Source: Hemiscyllium ocellatum (lineage: Eukaryota). Taken from it: a DNA stretch of 64,000 nt. Positions within the stretch are counted from its first letter, which is position 1; each line of letters opens with the position of its first letter. The notes under the pieces were generated by a model. It ran no database searches. It worked only from the letters and a program-made list of their open reading frames with translations, and was not told the origin of the DNA. A program made the position numbers and the translations under genes. This document shows, piece by piece, positions 10,967 through 23,119 of the stretch. The stretch lies in contig NW_026869299.1 in NCBI RefSeq assembly GCF_020745735.1, forward strand, positions 1 through 64,000, given 5' to 3'.

Positions 10967-11268
10967 TTAGATTAGATTTCCTGCAGTATGTATCAGGCCA
11001 TTTGGCCCAACAAGTCCACACCGACCCTCTGAAGAGTAACCCACCCAGACCCATTCCCCTACCCTATATTTAACCCTGACTAATGCACCTAACACTATAG
11101 ACAATATAGCATGACTAGTTCACCTGACTTGCACATCTTTGGATTTTGGGAGGAAATCCACACAGACACAGGGGAGATTGTGTAAACTCCACATAGGCCG
11201 TCACCCGAGGCTGGAACCGAGGCTGGAACCGAGCCTGGGTACCTGGATCTGTGAGGCAGCAGTGCCAC
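10967..11268 (-). mobile_element. tRNA-derived V-SINE (HE1-like), reverse orientation
   Basis: Reverse complement of the same family (TTAGATTAG tail, TTTGGCCCAACAAGTCCACACCGACCC, GTGAGGCAGCAGTGC). Confidence 0.85.
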
Positions 11269-13081
11269 ATTTACTTAGACATCCGTTAAAGTGGGCAACT
11301 CCAGACAGAAGCATGTTTTCAATTCATACCTTTTTCAACATTTTAGTTCATTACAAGCAGTTAACAAGAAAATAACCTTGCCCTAATTCCTTCAACAGAA
11401 ATGCTTTCCACACTGGAATGCAGTATTGTTTATGCAGTGCATGCAAAATCTCCACAATTCGAGGAACGTTTTAAGAATATGTAAAAATAATTTAGAGAAT
11501 AATCCATTTCCTCCAGATCTGTGCTTTAATTGGCGATATTTCCCACCTCAATAATTTTGTTAAATACAATGACTTATTAAGTTTATGAACTCAGTGGTTA
11601 TTTATGTTCATTGTGAACACATTCTCGTTCACATTAATCCACTGGTTAGTTCCTCTGATGAATATTCAATTACAGTGAATATATTTGACGTGAGGAGTTG
11701 AGCAATGTATCCTCTGGGATTAAGTCTTTTGTACAGTTTGTTTCAGTGCTATCTCTGACTAACTTGTCAACGGTCCTGACCATTTATAAATTGTCCAGTT
11801 CGGATACCTGAATCTCAGACAGTTCAATTTTATCTCGCGCTTCAAAATCACTTTTATCTGCCAGAAATACAATATTTGATTAGGTGCCTCAGAATTGAGA
11901 GCCCTGACTAAGTTGTTCCAATCAGAACGAACGTTTCAGGAACAAAAGGCAGATAGCAAGAGTTTTGAAATTGGTTGTTGACAACAAGAGATATTTGATT
12001 GAGCGAGGCAGAGGGAAATATGCTGCAGATTTTCTTTGTGCCTCAGTTATGCAGGAGATGTTTCGTGGCACAATGTAAAATCAGAATTTACTGGCAATGG
12101 TCTTATTACACTTCAAAACATTTTAATCTTTTTCAAACTAAGTAGACCGTCTGGTGCAGCAACATTCACAGGGGAAAGAGGAAGGGAGTTCGAGGTTGGA
12201 ATCTAGTGACAGTGAATTGATGGCAATGCAATTCCTAGTTTTATTGCTCTGTAGTTCCCATCGAGTTTGAACAATTTGGAGCAGCTGTCAAAGTATTCTT
12301 GGATAAATGTTGAAATGTTACTTTCATTGTACAAACATTCTGGAACAATCCCTGGTTGTTGGAAGGTGTTAATAACTAACATGGTTTATAAACTGTCAAA
12401 ACAGGTGAGCTGTGTTCTCCGTGATAGTGTCGAGCTCATTGTGTTCAGGTCTGTTGTGATGTTGTGGTAGGGTCCCTGATTCTGTGCCAGGTGGCCTGTG
12501 TTCACTTACAACCTGTTAGAGAGGTATGTAACACCATCTCTTATCAGGTTACTTCAGTACAAGAAAGCAGATTGAGATGTTTGGGTGTTTTTTGGAATTC
12601 CACTCACAGAGGCCAGTGAAATCTATTCAATCGCTGTCCTGACTTGTGTCTCTTAGACATTAAACAGAATTTTGGTGGTTAGCAGCTTTTTCCAGATCAA
12701 TATTTGTTCACAAGCTTTTGGGCATCGCTAGATGGGGTTAATGGAGTAAGTGCTCAAAGAAATCCCAGCTTTTGACTTGCTGTTCTAACAATATCATTTA
12801 TAACTAATCCCGAATGAATCATTTTCAAAGTATATTTGATGAGATTTTGCTTAGGCTGTTTCACTTTATATTAAACCAGTGCTGTAGCTGAATTTGATTG
12901 TTCAGTACTGTGGGGGTTTCCGTTGAATCCAACACTTGCAGCAGATGGTGATAGCTTTTCAGTTGGTCTTCCATTGCTATCTCAGACCATCCAGTACCTC
13001 TGCTAAGAATCCTTTTTCCAACAGGAGTCAAGCCAACGGAATCACTGTTTATCTCAACGGTCTGAGCTCTTGTGCCAAAAA

Positions 13082-13181
13082 NNNNNNNNNNNNNNNNNNN
13101 NNNNNNNNNNNNNNNNNNNNNNNNNNNNNNNNNNNNNNNNNNNNNNNNNNNNNNNNNNNNNNNNNNNNNNNNNNNNNNNNN
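13082..13181. other. Assembly gap (exactly 100 N; true size unknown)
   Basis: Run of N from 13082 to 13181. Confidence 1.
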
Positions 13182-13530
13182 TACCAGAGAATGGTTTAGA
13201 TTCTTCAGGCACTGGGACTGTTTCTGGGTTAGGTGGGACCTATACCAGCCTGACTGGTTTACCCCTGGGCAGAGCTGGGAGAAATCTCTTCATGAGGGCC
13301 CATGCTAGTTTCATTGGTGAGGTTGTAACTAACCTGGCAGGGGAATGGGAACTAAAGTGTAGGCTTCGATGGTCAGATTCAGGTCAGGGAATGGGAGGGA
13401 GAATATCAGTGATGTAGTCAGCGGCTCAGAAAGCCAAAGGAAAGGAGGATTAAATGAGGATTGAGTCCCTCTTCATCCATCAGTCCTGCTATCCCAGGAA
13501 TCAGAGTCAACAAAATCTGGAGCTGTACCG

Positions 13531-14413
13531 CTCTCTGTCTCGAAGTGTTTCAGCAAAATGGTGGAAATCTGCATAAAAACAAAAAGTGCTGGAGATCCTC
13601 AGCAGGTCGGGCAGCATCTGAAATGGTGACAGATGCAGGAAACATTGCAGCCTTGAAGAAGTGTTTAGATGATCACACACCAGGCACTACAATATCGGTT
13701 ACACGCTGAGTGCCAGAACGTGGGACTAGAATAAATAGGTGCTTGATGACCAGCTTGAATACGCTTGTTGCTGGAAAGTTGACGTTTCAGGTCAGGAACT
13801 ATTCATGAGAACTGACAAAGGGTCCTGATCAAAAACGTTAACTTTCCTGCTCGTCTGATGCTGCCTTGCTGCCCTTCCCCAGATCTAAACTCTGATTTCC
13901 AGTTGCCCCAGTCCTTAACTCTCTCCACATCCAGACTCAGTCTGATGACCCTCCTTTACTCTCTCTCAATAACCAGGAGAGCCTTCATTCTTGGGAAACG
14001 TGAACAAAGGTACACACAGTACTCCAGGTGTGGTCTCACCAAGGCCCTACCAGAAAAGGATCCCTGCTCCTGTACTCGAATCCTCTCACTAGGAAGGTCA
14101 CACATCATTTCATTTATCCACTGCTTCCTTCCCAATCCTGCCTGCTTCCGAAAAGAGGGAATTACAGAGAAATACAGAATAAAATGGGGTCAGAGTCTCT
14201 GGTATAAAACTGTTGAACACAATGCCCCCAAATCTCCATATTGGTCATCAAGCACACATGCCTGATGTTACCATCTAAACACTTATTCAAGGCTGCAATG
14301 TTTCCTGCATCTGTCACCATTTCAGATGCTGCCCGACCTGCTGAGGATCTCCAGCACGTTTTGTTTTTATTGTAGATTTCCACCATTTTGCTGAAGCACT
14401 TTGAGTCAGAGAG
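13531..14413. repeat. ~140-bp inverted repeat (13531-13671 / 14272-14413) of a Penelope-like/CR1 chimeric unit
   Basis: The ORF track shows CWRSSAGRAASEMVTDAGNIAAL on both strands, and manual reverse-complement alignment confirms it. Confidence 0.9.
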
Positions 14414-14889
14414 TTATACAGCATGAAACAGACCCTTCAGTCCAACTCATCCACCTCTATCAGATATCCGAAACTGATCCAGTCCCATTTGGGAGAGTTG
14501 GCCTATACCACTCTAAACACTTTCTATTCATGTATCTCTCCAGACGCCTTTTAAATGTTGTAACTCTCCATGCATTCATTACTCCTCTGGCAGCTCATTC
14601 CATACACACAGCAACCTGCGAGTGAAATGTTTGTCCCTCAGATCTCTTTTCACTCTTTCCCCTCTCACCTTAAACCCAATGCCCTCTAGTTTTGAACTCC
14701 CGACACTGGGTGGAAACAAAGTCCTTGACTATTCACCCTGTCTCTGCTCCTCTAATAAGGTAACCCCTCAGTCTCTGACGCTCCAGGGAAAAGCCCCAGC
14801 CTATTCATCCTCACCCTTTAACTCCACAGCCCTAACAATAACCTTGTAGATATTTTCCGAAACCCTTCAAGTTTAGCAAAACAGAGTCA

Positions 14890-15228
14890 TAGAGGTGTCT
14901 GGAATTCAAAGTTTGTGAGAAGATTTGTAGCTCGGTGCTCGTTGTTGTGGTTCTGTTCGCAGAGCTGGGAATTTGTGTTGCAGACGTTTTGTCCCCTGTC
15001 TAGTGACATCCTCAGTGCTTGGGAGCCTCCTGTGAAGTGCTTCTGTGATCTTTCCTTCGCATTTGTAGTGGTTTGAATCTGTCGTTCCGGTTGTCAGTTC
15101 CAGCTGTCCATTGCAGTGGCCAGTATACTGGGTCCAGATCGATGTGCTTATTGATTGAATCTGTGAATGAGTGCTATGCCTCTAGGAATTCCTGGCTGTT
15201 CTCTGTTTGACTTGTCCTATAATAGTAG
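14890..15228 (-). mobile_element. Penelope-like element 3' fragment (different subfamily) with a degenerate hammerhead motif
   Basis: The minus strand encodes IIGQVKQRTAR..FLEA..SINKHIDLDPVY (GIY-YIG C-terminus-like), followed by GCA-CTGAGGA...AAAACGTC-TGC (14980-15018). Confidence 0.7.
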
Positions 15229-15544
15229 TGTCTGGAATGAAAACAGGCACGGAATGGAAGCCCACACAAACACACACAGGGAGAATGTGCAATCACCACA
15301 CAGAGAGTGGAATCGAATCTGGGTCCTCTTGTTGATCAGTGCACTGACCAATACAGGTCAGCGTCCCAAATGCAACCTTCAGCACCTGATCTCCCTGAAA
15401 CTCCACTTCCAAGGAACTATGCAATTGTTCTGAGCCCTTCAGAGGGATTGAAGGGGATGGGAGAAAACACGGTTGAGTTGTAGATGTATAAAATAACTGT
15501 GTTTCCCCCCCCCACTCTTTTTCCCCCATCCCCCACCCCAACAT

Positions 15545-16420
15545 TGCAGGGAAAAGACCTTGTCTATTAACCCTATCCCTGCCCCTCCTGATTTTATAAA
15601 CCTCCTAAAAGGTCACCCCTCAGCCTCTGACGCTCCAGGAAAAACAGCCTATTCAACCTCTCCCTATATCTCAAATACTCCAATCCTGGTAACATTCGTG
15701 TAATCGTTTTCTGAACCCTTTCAAGTTTCACAATATTGTATGGATAGGAAGGAGACCAGAATTGCATGCAATATCCAAATGTGGTCTAACTAACGTCCTT
15801 TGCAGCCTCAACATGACCTCCCAACTCCTATACTCAATGCTCTGACCATTAAAGGACAGCATACTAAAAGGCCTCTTCACTATCCTATCTAACTGTGACT
15901 CCACTTTCAAGGAGCTATGAACTGCACTCCAAGGTCTCTTTGTTCAACAATGCTCCCGAGGACCTTAGCATTAAGTGTATAAGACCTGCTAAGATTTGCA
16001 TTTCCAAAATGCAGCACCACACATTTTTCTAAATTAAACTCCATCTGCCACTCCTCAGCCTGTTTGCCTATCAGATTAATGTCCCATTGTATTCTGAGGT
16101 CAGCTTTTTCACTGTCCACTACGCCTCCAATATTGGTGTCATGTGCAAAATTACTAACACCTCCTATGTTCACATCCCAATCTCTTATATAAATGACGAG
16201 AAGGACTGGACCCAGCACTGATCCTTGTGACACTCCAGGCCTGCAGTCTGAAAAGCAACCCTCCACCACCACCCTCTGCTTTCTACCTTTGAGTCAGTTC
16301 TGTATCCAAATGGCTAGTTCTCCCTGTATTCTATGACCTTGTTAACCCATGGGAACCTTGCCGAAAGCCTTACTGAAGTCCATGTAGATCATGTCCACCG
16401 TCCTGCCCTCATCAATCCTC
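15545..16420 (-). mobile_element. CR1-group LINE RT/3' fragment
   Basis: ORF track VSQGSVLGPVLLVIYIRD...FAHDTNIGG...WQMEFNLEKCVVLHFG (15907-16272). Confidence 0.9.
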
Positions 16421-17927
16421 TTTGTTACTTCTTCCAAAAAAAAATTCTAACCACAGAAAACAACAGTACAGCACCCGAATAATTGGCCCACTATGTCTGT
16501 GCGGATCATAATGCTATTCCAAACGAATTCCATCTGCCTGTATATGATCCATATCCCTGCCAACCCTGCTTATGTGTCTGCCCAAATGACTCTTGAACGT
16601 TGTGATTGTTTCTGCTTTCACCTTCTCCCAGAGAGTATGTTGTAATCACTTACCACCTTCTGCACAAGAAACCTGCCTGACACAACTCCCTTTAAACTTG
16701 CCCAGATGTTGTTGGAAATGCTCAGCAGGCCATGCAGCATCTGTCAAGAAAAATCAGCTGATGTTTCGGGTCCGGTCACTCTTTCTCAGAAACGTTAACT
16801 CAAATTTCTCTTCACAGATGCTACATATATGGCAAGCTTTTCCAGAAACTTATTTTTTTTTAATGGTTTACAGCATCTGCAGTTGTTTTGGTTTTGGTAT
16901 GCTTTCCTTTATTGGTCAGAGAGTTGAGCGTAGGGATCGGGAGGTCATATTGCAACTGCACAGGACATTGGTTAGGCAACTTTTGTAATGTTCCATGCAA
17001 CTCTGGTCTCCTAACAAAACAATATTCTCCAAATGGAAAGGGGTCAGAAAATAATTGTGAGGATGTTACCAGGGTTGGAGGATTTGAGCTCCAGGAAGAA
17101 GCTGAATAGGCTGTTTTCCCTGGAGCATCAGAGGCTGATGGGTGACCTTACAGAGATTTATAAAATCAGGAGGGGCATGGATAGGGAAATAGACAAGGTC
17201 TTTTCCTGTGGTGGGAAGTTCAGAACTAGGGGACATGGAGGGTGGGGGAACGGGGGGAGAAGGGTGAATGACCTCTTTGAATGCTGTAGGGATTCTGTCA
17301 CTGAGTATAGGAGTTAGGAGGTCATGTTGTAGAGTGAGGAGATGGACAGAGAGGCTGGACGGGGCAGTCAGAGGGGGCAGGGGGACAGAGGGGGGAAGGT
17401 GGTCTGAGGAGGCAGACAGCGAGGGGGGGCTATGGGGAACATGGTGGGGGGAGCAGACAGGGGGCAACAGAGTGGGAGAGGCAGGATGGAGAGTTATTTT
17501 ATAGATCTATACCTCAACTCTGTTCCTGTTTTCTCCCGGTCCCCTGCAATCCCTCTGAAGGGCTCAGAACAACTGCATTGTTTCGGGGAGATCAGGTGTT
17601 GAACGTGGTATTTGGGACACTGACCTTTATTGGTCAGTGCACTGTTCAGTAAAGGGACTCTGGTTCGATTCCAGTCTCTGTGTGGTGTTTGCACACTCGC
17701 CCTGTTTGTATCTGCGTGGGCTTCCTCTGGGTGCTCTGATTTCCTCCCACAATCCAAAGATGTGTGCATTAGGTGGGTTAGCTGTGGGAAGTGCATGGTT
17801 ACATGGAAGCTGTTCAAAGGTTGGTAAGATCTCATGGGCTGAATGGCCTCTTTCAATGCTGTAGGGATTCTGTCACTGAGTATAGGAGTTAGGATGTCAT
17901 GTTGTAGCTGTATAGGGCATTGGTGTG

Positions 17928-20009
17928 CCCCCCCAGTACTGATCCTCTGATAGTGCAGGTTTGCCTATTTACTGATCCTCCGACTGCAACATTAACTTAG
18001 TACTCACTCTCCACAGAGTGGCACTCCCTCAGTAATGACCCTCTGACAGTGGAGTGCTCACTGCATGATGACCTTCTGACAGTGCAACACTCCCTCATTA
18101 CAGACCCTCTCACAGTGCAGCACTGCCTAAGCACTCATTCCCTGACAGTACAGCACTCCCTCGGTACTGACATTCTGACAGTGCAGCACTCCCTCAGCAC
18201 TGACCCTCTGACAGTGCAACTTTCCCTCAGTACTGACCCTCTGACAGTGCAGCCCTCCCTCAGAACTAAACTCCTGACAGATCGCCCCTCCCTCAGTACT
18301 AAACTCCTGACAGTGCAGCCCTCCCTCAGTAGGCGGCACGGTGGCACAGTGGTCAGCACTGTTGCCTCACAGCGCCTGAGACCCGGGTTCAATTCCCGAC
18401 TCAGGCGACTAACTGTGTGGAGTTTGCAAGTTCTCCCCGTGTCTGCGTGGGTTTCCTCCGGTGCTCCGGTTTCCTCCCACAGTCCAAAGATGTGTGGGTC
18501 AGGTGAATTGGCCACGCTAAATTGCCCGTAGTGGTAGGTAAAGGGTAAATGTAGCGGTATGGGTGGGTTGCGCTTCGGCGGGTCGGTGTGGACTTGTTGG
18601 GCCGAAGGGCCTGTTTCCACACTGTAAGTAACCTAAAAAAAAGTACTAAACTCCTGACAGTGCGGCCCTCCCTCAGTACTAAACTCCTGACAGTGCGGCC
18701 CTCCCTCAGTACTAAAGTCCTGACAGTGCAGCCCTTCGTCAGTGATGACACTCCAACAGTGCGGCCCTCCCTCAGTACTAAACTCCTGACAGTGCGGCTA
18801 TCCCTCAGTGCTGACACTCCAACAGTGCCGCATTCCATCAGTACTGACACCGACAGTGCAACAACACCCTCTGTCCTGCACCTTTGACAGTGCAGCACTC
18901 CCTCAGTACTGACCCTCTGACAGTGCAGCACATCCTCAGTACTGACCTTTGACGGTGCAGTGCTCCCTCAGTACTGACCCTCTGACAGTGCAGCATTCCC
19001 TCAGTACTGACCTTTGATGGTGCAGTGCTCTCTCAGTACTGACCCTCTGACAGTGCAGCACTCCCTCAGTACTGACCCTCTGCAGTGCAGCACATCCTCA
19101 GTACTGACTTTTGACGGTACAGTGCTCCCTCAGTACTGACCCTCTGACAGTGCAGCGCCTCCTCAGCACTGACCCTTGACAGTATTGCACTCCCTCTGTA
19201 CTGACCCTTTGACAGTGTCGCACTCCCTCACTACAGAACCTCTGACAGGGTGGCATTCCCTCAATAGTGCTCCCTCAATACTGACCCTCTGATAATGCAG
19301 CACTTCCTCACTACAGCACCTCTGACAGGGTGGCATTCTCTCAATACTGTTCTTCTGACAATTTAGTGCTCCCTCAGTACTTATGCTCTGATAATGTTGT
19401 GCTCCCACAGTAATGACCTTGCAACAGTGCAGCGCTCATTTTGCTCTGACCCTTTGACAGTGCAGCACTCCCTCAGTACTGAAGGTCCGGCAGTGTTGCG
19501 CCCCCTAGTACTGATCCTCTGATAGTGCAGGTTTGCCTATTTACTGATCCTCCGACTGCAACATTAACTTAGTACTCACTCTCCACAGAGTGGCACTCCC
19601 TCAGTAATGACCCTCTGACAGTGGAGTGCTCACTGCATGATGACCTTCTGACAGTGCAACACTCCCTCATTACAGACCCTCTCACAGTGCAGCACTGCCT
19701 AAGCACTCACTCCCTGACTGTAGAGCACTCCCTCGGTACTGACATTCTGACAGTGCAGCACTCCCTCAGCACTGACCCTCTGACAGTGCAACTTTCCCTC
19801 AGTACTGACCCTCTGACAGTGCAGCACTCCCTCAGTACTGAACCTCTGACAGTGCAGCACTCCATCCTAACTGACCCTCTGACAGTACAGCAATCCTTCA
19901 GTATTGACACTCTGACAGTGCAGCTTTTCTTCAGTACAGATCCTCTGACAGTGCAACACTAACGTATCACTGACCCTCCAACAGTGTGGCACTCCCTCAG
20001 TACTGACCT
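17928..20009 (+). repeat. 33-bp minisatellite array (consensus ~CAGTACTGACCCTCTGACAGTGCAGCACTCCCT), interrupted by a SINE
   Basis: Repeating 11-codon pattern TDPLTVQHSLS in the ORF track and dozens of visible units. Confidence 0.95.
18321..18640 (+). mobile_element. Well-preserved tRNA-derived V-SINE (HE1-like) inserted in the minisatellite
   Basis: GGCGGCACGGTGGCACAGTGG A-box region, GGTTCAATTCCC B-box, CR1-type tail and A-run; short AGTA duplication at the junctions. Confidence 0.92.
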
Positions 20010-21305
20010 TTTTTTTTCTCTTTCTTAATGTTTTGTGGAAATATGGAGACATTGCGTTTGCAGATTCTGAGAAAGTATGAGAGAGACACACAATCCAAGC
20101 CTTGTCTGAAACTTTGCAACAGTCTATTCAGAGAGATGCACAGCATGGAAACAGGCCCTTCGGCCCAACTTATTCATGCCAACCAGATATCCAACTTAAT
20201 TTAGTTCCATTTGCTAGCACTTGGCTGATATCCCTCTAAACCCTTCCTATTCACATACTCATCCTGATGCCTTTTAAATGTCGCAATTGTACCAGTCCCC
20301 ATCATATCCTCTGGCAGCTAACTGCATGCCCTTGAATAAGTGTTCAAACATTCATAGAGATGATGCAACCTCAAACAGACACCAACCTACGAAATGCTAT
20401 CACTGTCATTTTCACCCCACCCTTTGGTTCTCCGTTACGCTGATTTGAACAGAGGGAAAGAAACAGTCTCAGTGACCATCCACCGTCACCTTGTAATAAA
20501 GGTTACTTGCAAATTTCACTTGCATGAGATTACCCCACCATCCAGTTGCCTGGAAGGTGGTGGTGAGCTGTATTCTCCTGCTATAGCCCTTGGTGTCCCA
20601 CGTTGATGTTAGGGAGGGAACTCCAGGATTTTGATCTGAACCATGTAAAGAGCTCTCTTACTGGAGTGCCTTTTTAATGTTGGGAAGTTATTATAGACCA
20701 GGAGGACCCGAGAGCTGCTTTCTTGTCAGAGAGAGAGGACTGGTGGGTTACACACCTCAAGGGAGGGGCGAGGTGGAGAAGTTGGGGCCTTGATGGTAAT
20801 TTCAGACATGATAGAAATTGAGCCAACAATGTTGGCATCACGAACCAGTTAGCTGAGGGAACTGAGACCCCCCCCCCCAACTCTGTATCAGAGGAATCCA
20901 ATCCCTATAATAGAGCAAGCTTGGGAATTCGACACTAAAATCAACTTGTACAGACGCGCTGGAAACCTGAACCATCAATACAGAGATTGCTGAAGAAGCT
21001 AAGCATGTCCGGCAGCATCTGTGAAGGGAGAGAGAGAGAGAGTTCACCTTTCAATCCAATGATTTCTGCGGAAAAGTTCCTTCAGAACAGACCGTTTTGA
21101 GGAAGGGTCACTTGAAATGTGAATTGTTCCTCTCTCTCTCTTCACCGTTGCTGTCTGATCTGCTGAATTTCCCCAGCAATCTGTGCGTGTGTTTGCTTGA
21201 GAATTTGATCTGACCCAATCAATCATGTGTCACTGAGCAACTCAGTCTGTGTTCATGCCCTGAGGTTGCTTCTGTTGAAAGTTGACAAACAGGTTGAAGG
21301 CTTTT

Positions 21306-21478
21306 AGGAGAAAATGAGGACTGCAGATGTTGGAGATCAGAGCTGAAAATGTGTTGCTGGAAAAGCGCAGCAGGTCAGGCAGCATCCAAGGAGCAGGAGA
21401 ATCGATGTTTCTGTCAATTCTCCTGCTCCTTGGATGCTGCCTGACCTGCTGCACTTTTCCAGCAACACATTTTCAGCT
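21306..21478. mobile_element. Fold-back (hairpin) Penelope-derived insertion
   Basis: ~60-bp arms GAGCTGAAAATGTGTTGCTGGAAAAG...GAGAAT / ATTCTC...CAACACATTTTCAGCTC; degenerate flanking direct repeat (13/16). Confidence 0.8.
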
Positions 21479-21911
21479 CAGGTTTAAGCCTTTGTAAGGC
21501 ATTGTATTTGGAGGGCGCGGATGCATGGGGAACAGATAAAGATTTACGGCACTTCACAAAGATCCTTATCAATGTAACTTTATGATGTTAATTAAGAAGG
21601 AACAGCTCAGATCTAACATTTCAGTTAATCAGCCAAGAGAAGTATATATGTCATCATAAAGACTTGTTGTAAAGACTGTACAGAACCAAACCTTAGTTAC
21701 TATGTTTGTACATCATTTTTTTTGTGAATAAAGTCTCTGTTTGAAACTCATAAATATTTTTAGAGGGGGTCCAAGCATCTTGAGCTTGTGGAGGCATTGT
21801 CCTTTTCCCTAATCTTTCTTAAATAAACGCTCGACAAGTTGGATACTCCCCGGGTATAGACATCAAACGGCCATCAATGGGGCGGAGATAGTGGGATTGT
21901 CACAGGGGCTC

Positions 21912-22160
21912 TGTGGTTAGCTCTGTTGCCTCACCCCACCCGGGTTCAATTCCAGCCTCGGGCGACTGTCTGTGTGGAGTTTGCACATTCTCCCCGTGTC
22001 AGCCTCCAGGTGCTTCAGTTCCCTCCCACTGTCCAAAGATGTGCAGGCTAGGTGGATTAGCCAGAGGAAATGAAGGGATCCAGGGATAGAGTGGGGGGAA
22101 TGGGATGCTCTGCCGAAGGTCAGTGTGAACCTGATAGGCCGAATGGCCTGCTTCCACATT
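21912..22160 (+). mobile_element. V-SINE (HE1-like), diverged
   Basis: GGTTCAATTCC B-box, GTGTGGAGTTTGCACATTCTCCCCGTGTC core, GGCCGAATGGCCTGCTTCC tail. Confidence 0.8.
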
Positions 22161-22706
22161 CTATAACCAATCCAGAGACCCAAATAATGTTCTGGGCCCT
22201 AGGCTCCAATCTTGGGGGTGGCTGTGGGTCCCCACAGTGAGAACAGGTTTGGGGATGAACACGGTCCAAGGGGGTAACAGGTTTGTTTTCTGAGGTGTTG
22301 AGGGTATGAATGTTCTGTCGATAAACATACAGAGGAGGTGCTTTCTGAGATACTGAGGGAGCACTATCTGGCAGTACAGGGTGCAGAAGGTGGAATGGTA
22401 CAGATACACTTCCCTAATCATTTCCTCAGGGTCCCCAAGGCACGCTGGTGTGGTCATCTGAGATGGAAGCCACTCCCCATTTTAGAAGATTATATCAACA
22501 CTCAGTGAAAAATAACACAAACACATGCCTTAAACATGGATTGGAGGAAAACTGTTATGAATCTATCATCATTTGTTGCTTGGACAAGGTTTAGAAAAGC
22601 AGGCACCCAAACAGACCAATGCTGTCAATGTACAGGAAGATCCAAGAGGTTATTTGCAGTTGATGTCTGTCTCCCTGCAGAGGTCATCAACCGAGATCAG
22701 GGTTTA

Positions 22707-22710
<4 letters not shown>

Positions 22711-22772
<62 letters not shown>
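22711..22772 (+). repeat. (GT)31 microsatellite
   Basis: Perfect GT run. Confidence 0.99.
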
Positions 22773-22775
<3 letters not shown>

Positions 22776-23119
22776 TGATCCAAGAAGATAAATTCCTGCT
22801 GCTGTTTCAGCGAAGACACAAACATAAAAGTTTTTAAAAGCTGCAAAACTCACTTACCTGGGGTAAAGTGAATGCTGCAAATCTCCCAAAAGAGGTTCGG
22901 ATGGAAGGAAGAAAGATTAGATTGAGAAGAGATAGTGCCATTCAGGTGCAGAGGTGTTGTTGGAATGTCTATTCAGGATTTCAGGAGAGGAGAAAACACC
23001 TTGGAGATAGTTTCTCAACCAACCTGTTCAGTGACGGGATGGTATTCCTCTAGACCAGGTGGGACTTGAAACTGAATCTCCTAGCTCAGAGGTAAAGATG
23101 CTACCACTGTCCCTTTCTA

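Larger units (their letters stand above)
1..13081 (+). repeat. Copy 1 of a ~13.1-kb near-identical duplication (partner 42772-55854); left boundary lies outside the window
   Basis: Base 1 ACTGTGTGGT matches 42772, and the match continues to TGTGCCAAAAA at 13081/55854. The ORF track is repeated at an offset of 42770-42773. Roughly 35 substitutions/homopolymer indels counted by eye (~99.7% identity). Confidence 0.98.

Noticed and set aside
12170-12960. E-box/Ets motif cluster as an IgH intronic enhancer
   Set aside because: Only short hexamers, partly within old LINE-like sequence, with no octamer; not distinguishable from chance.
17928-20009. 33-bp repeat array as a CRISPR array or repetitive protein gene
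   Set aside because: The units are contiguous without unique spacers, the context is vertebrate, and the open frames arise only because the unit length is divisible by 3.
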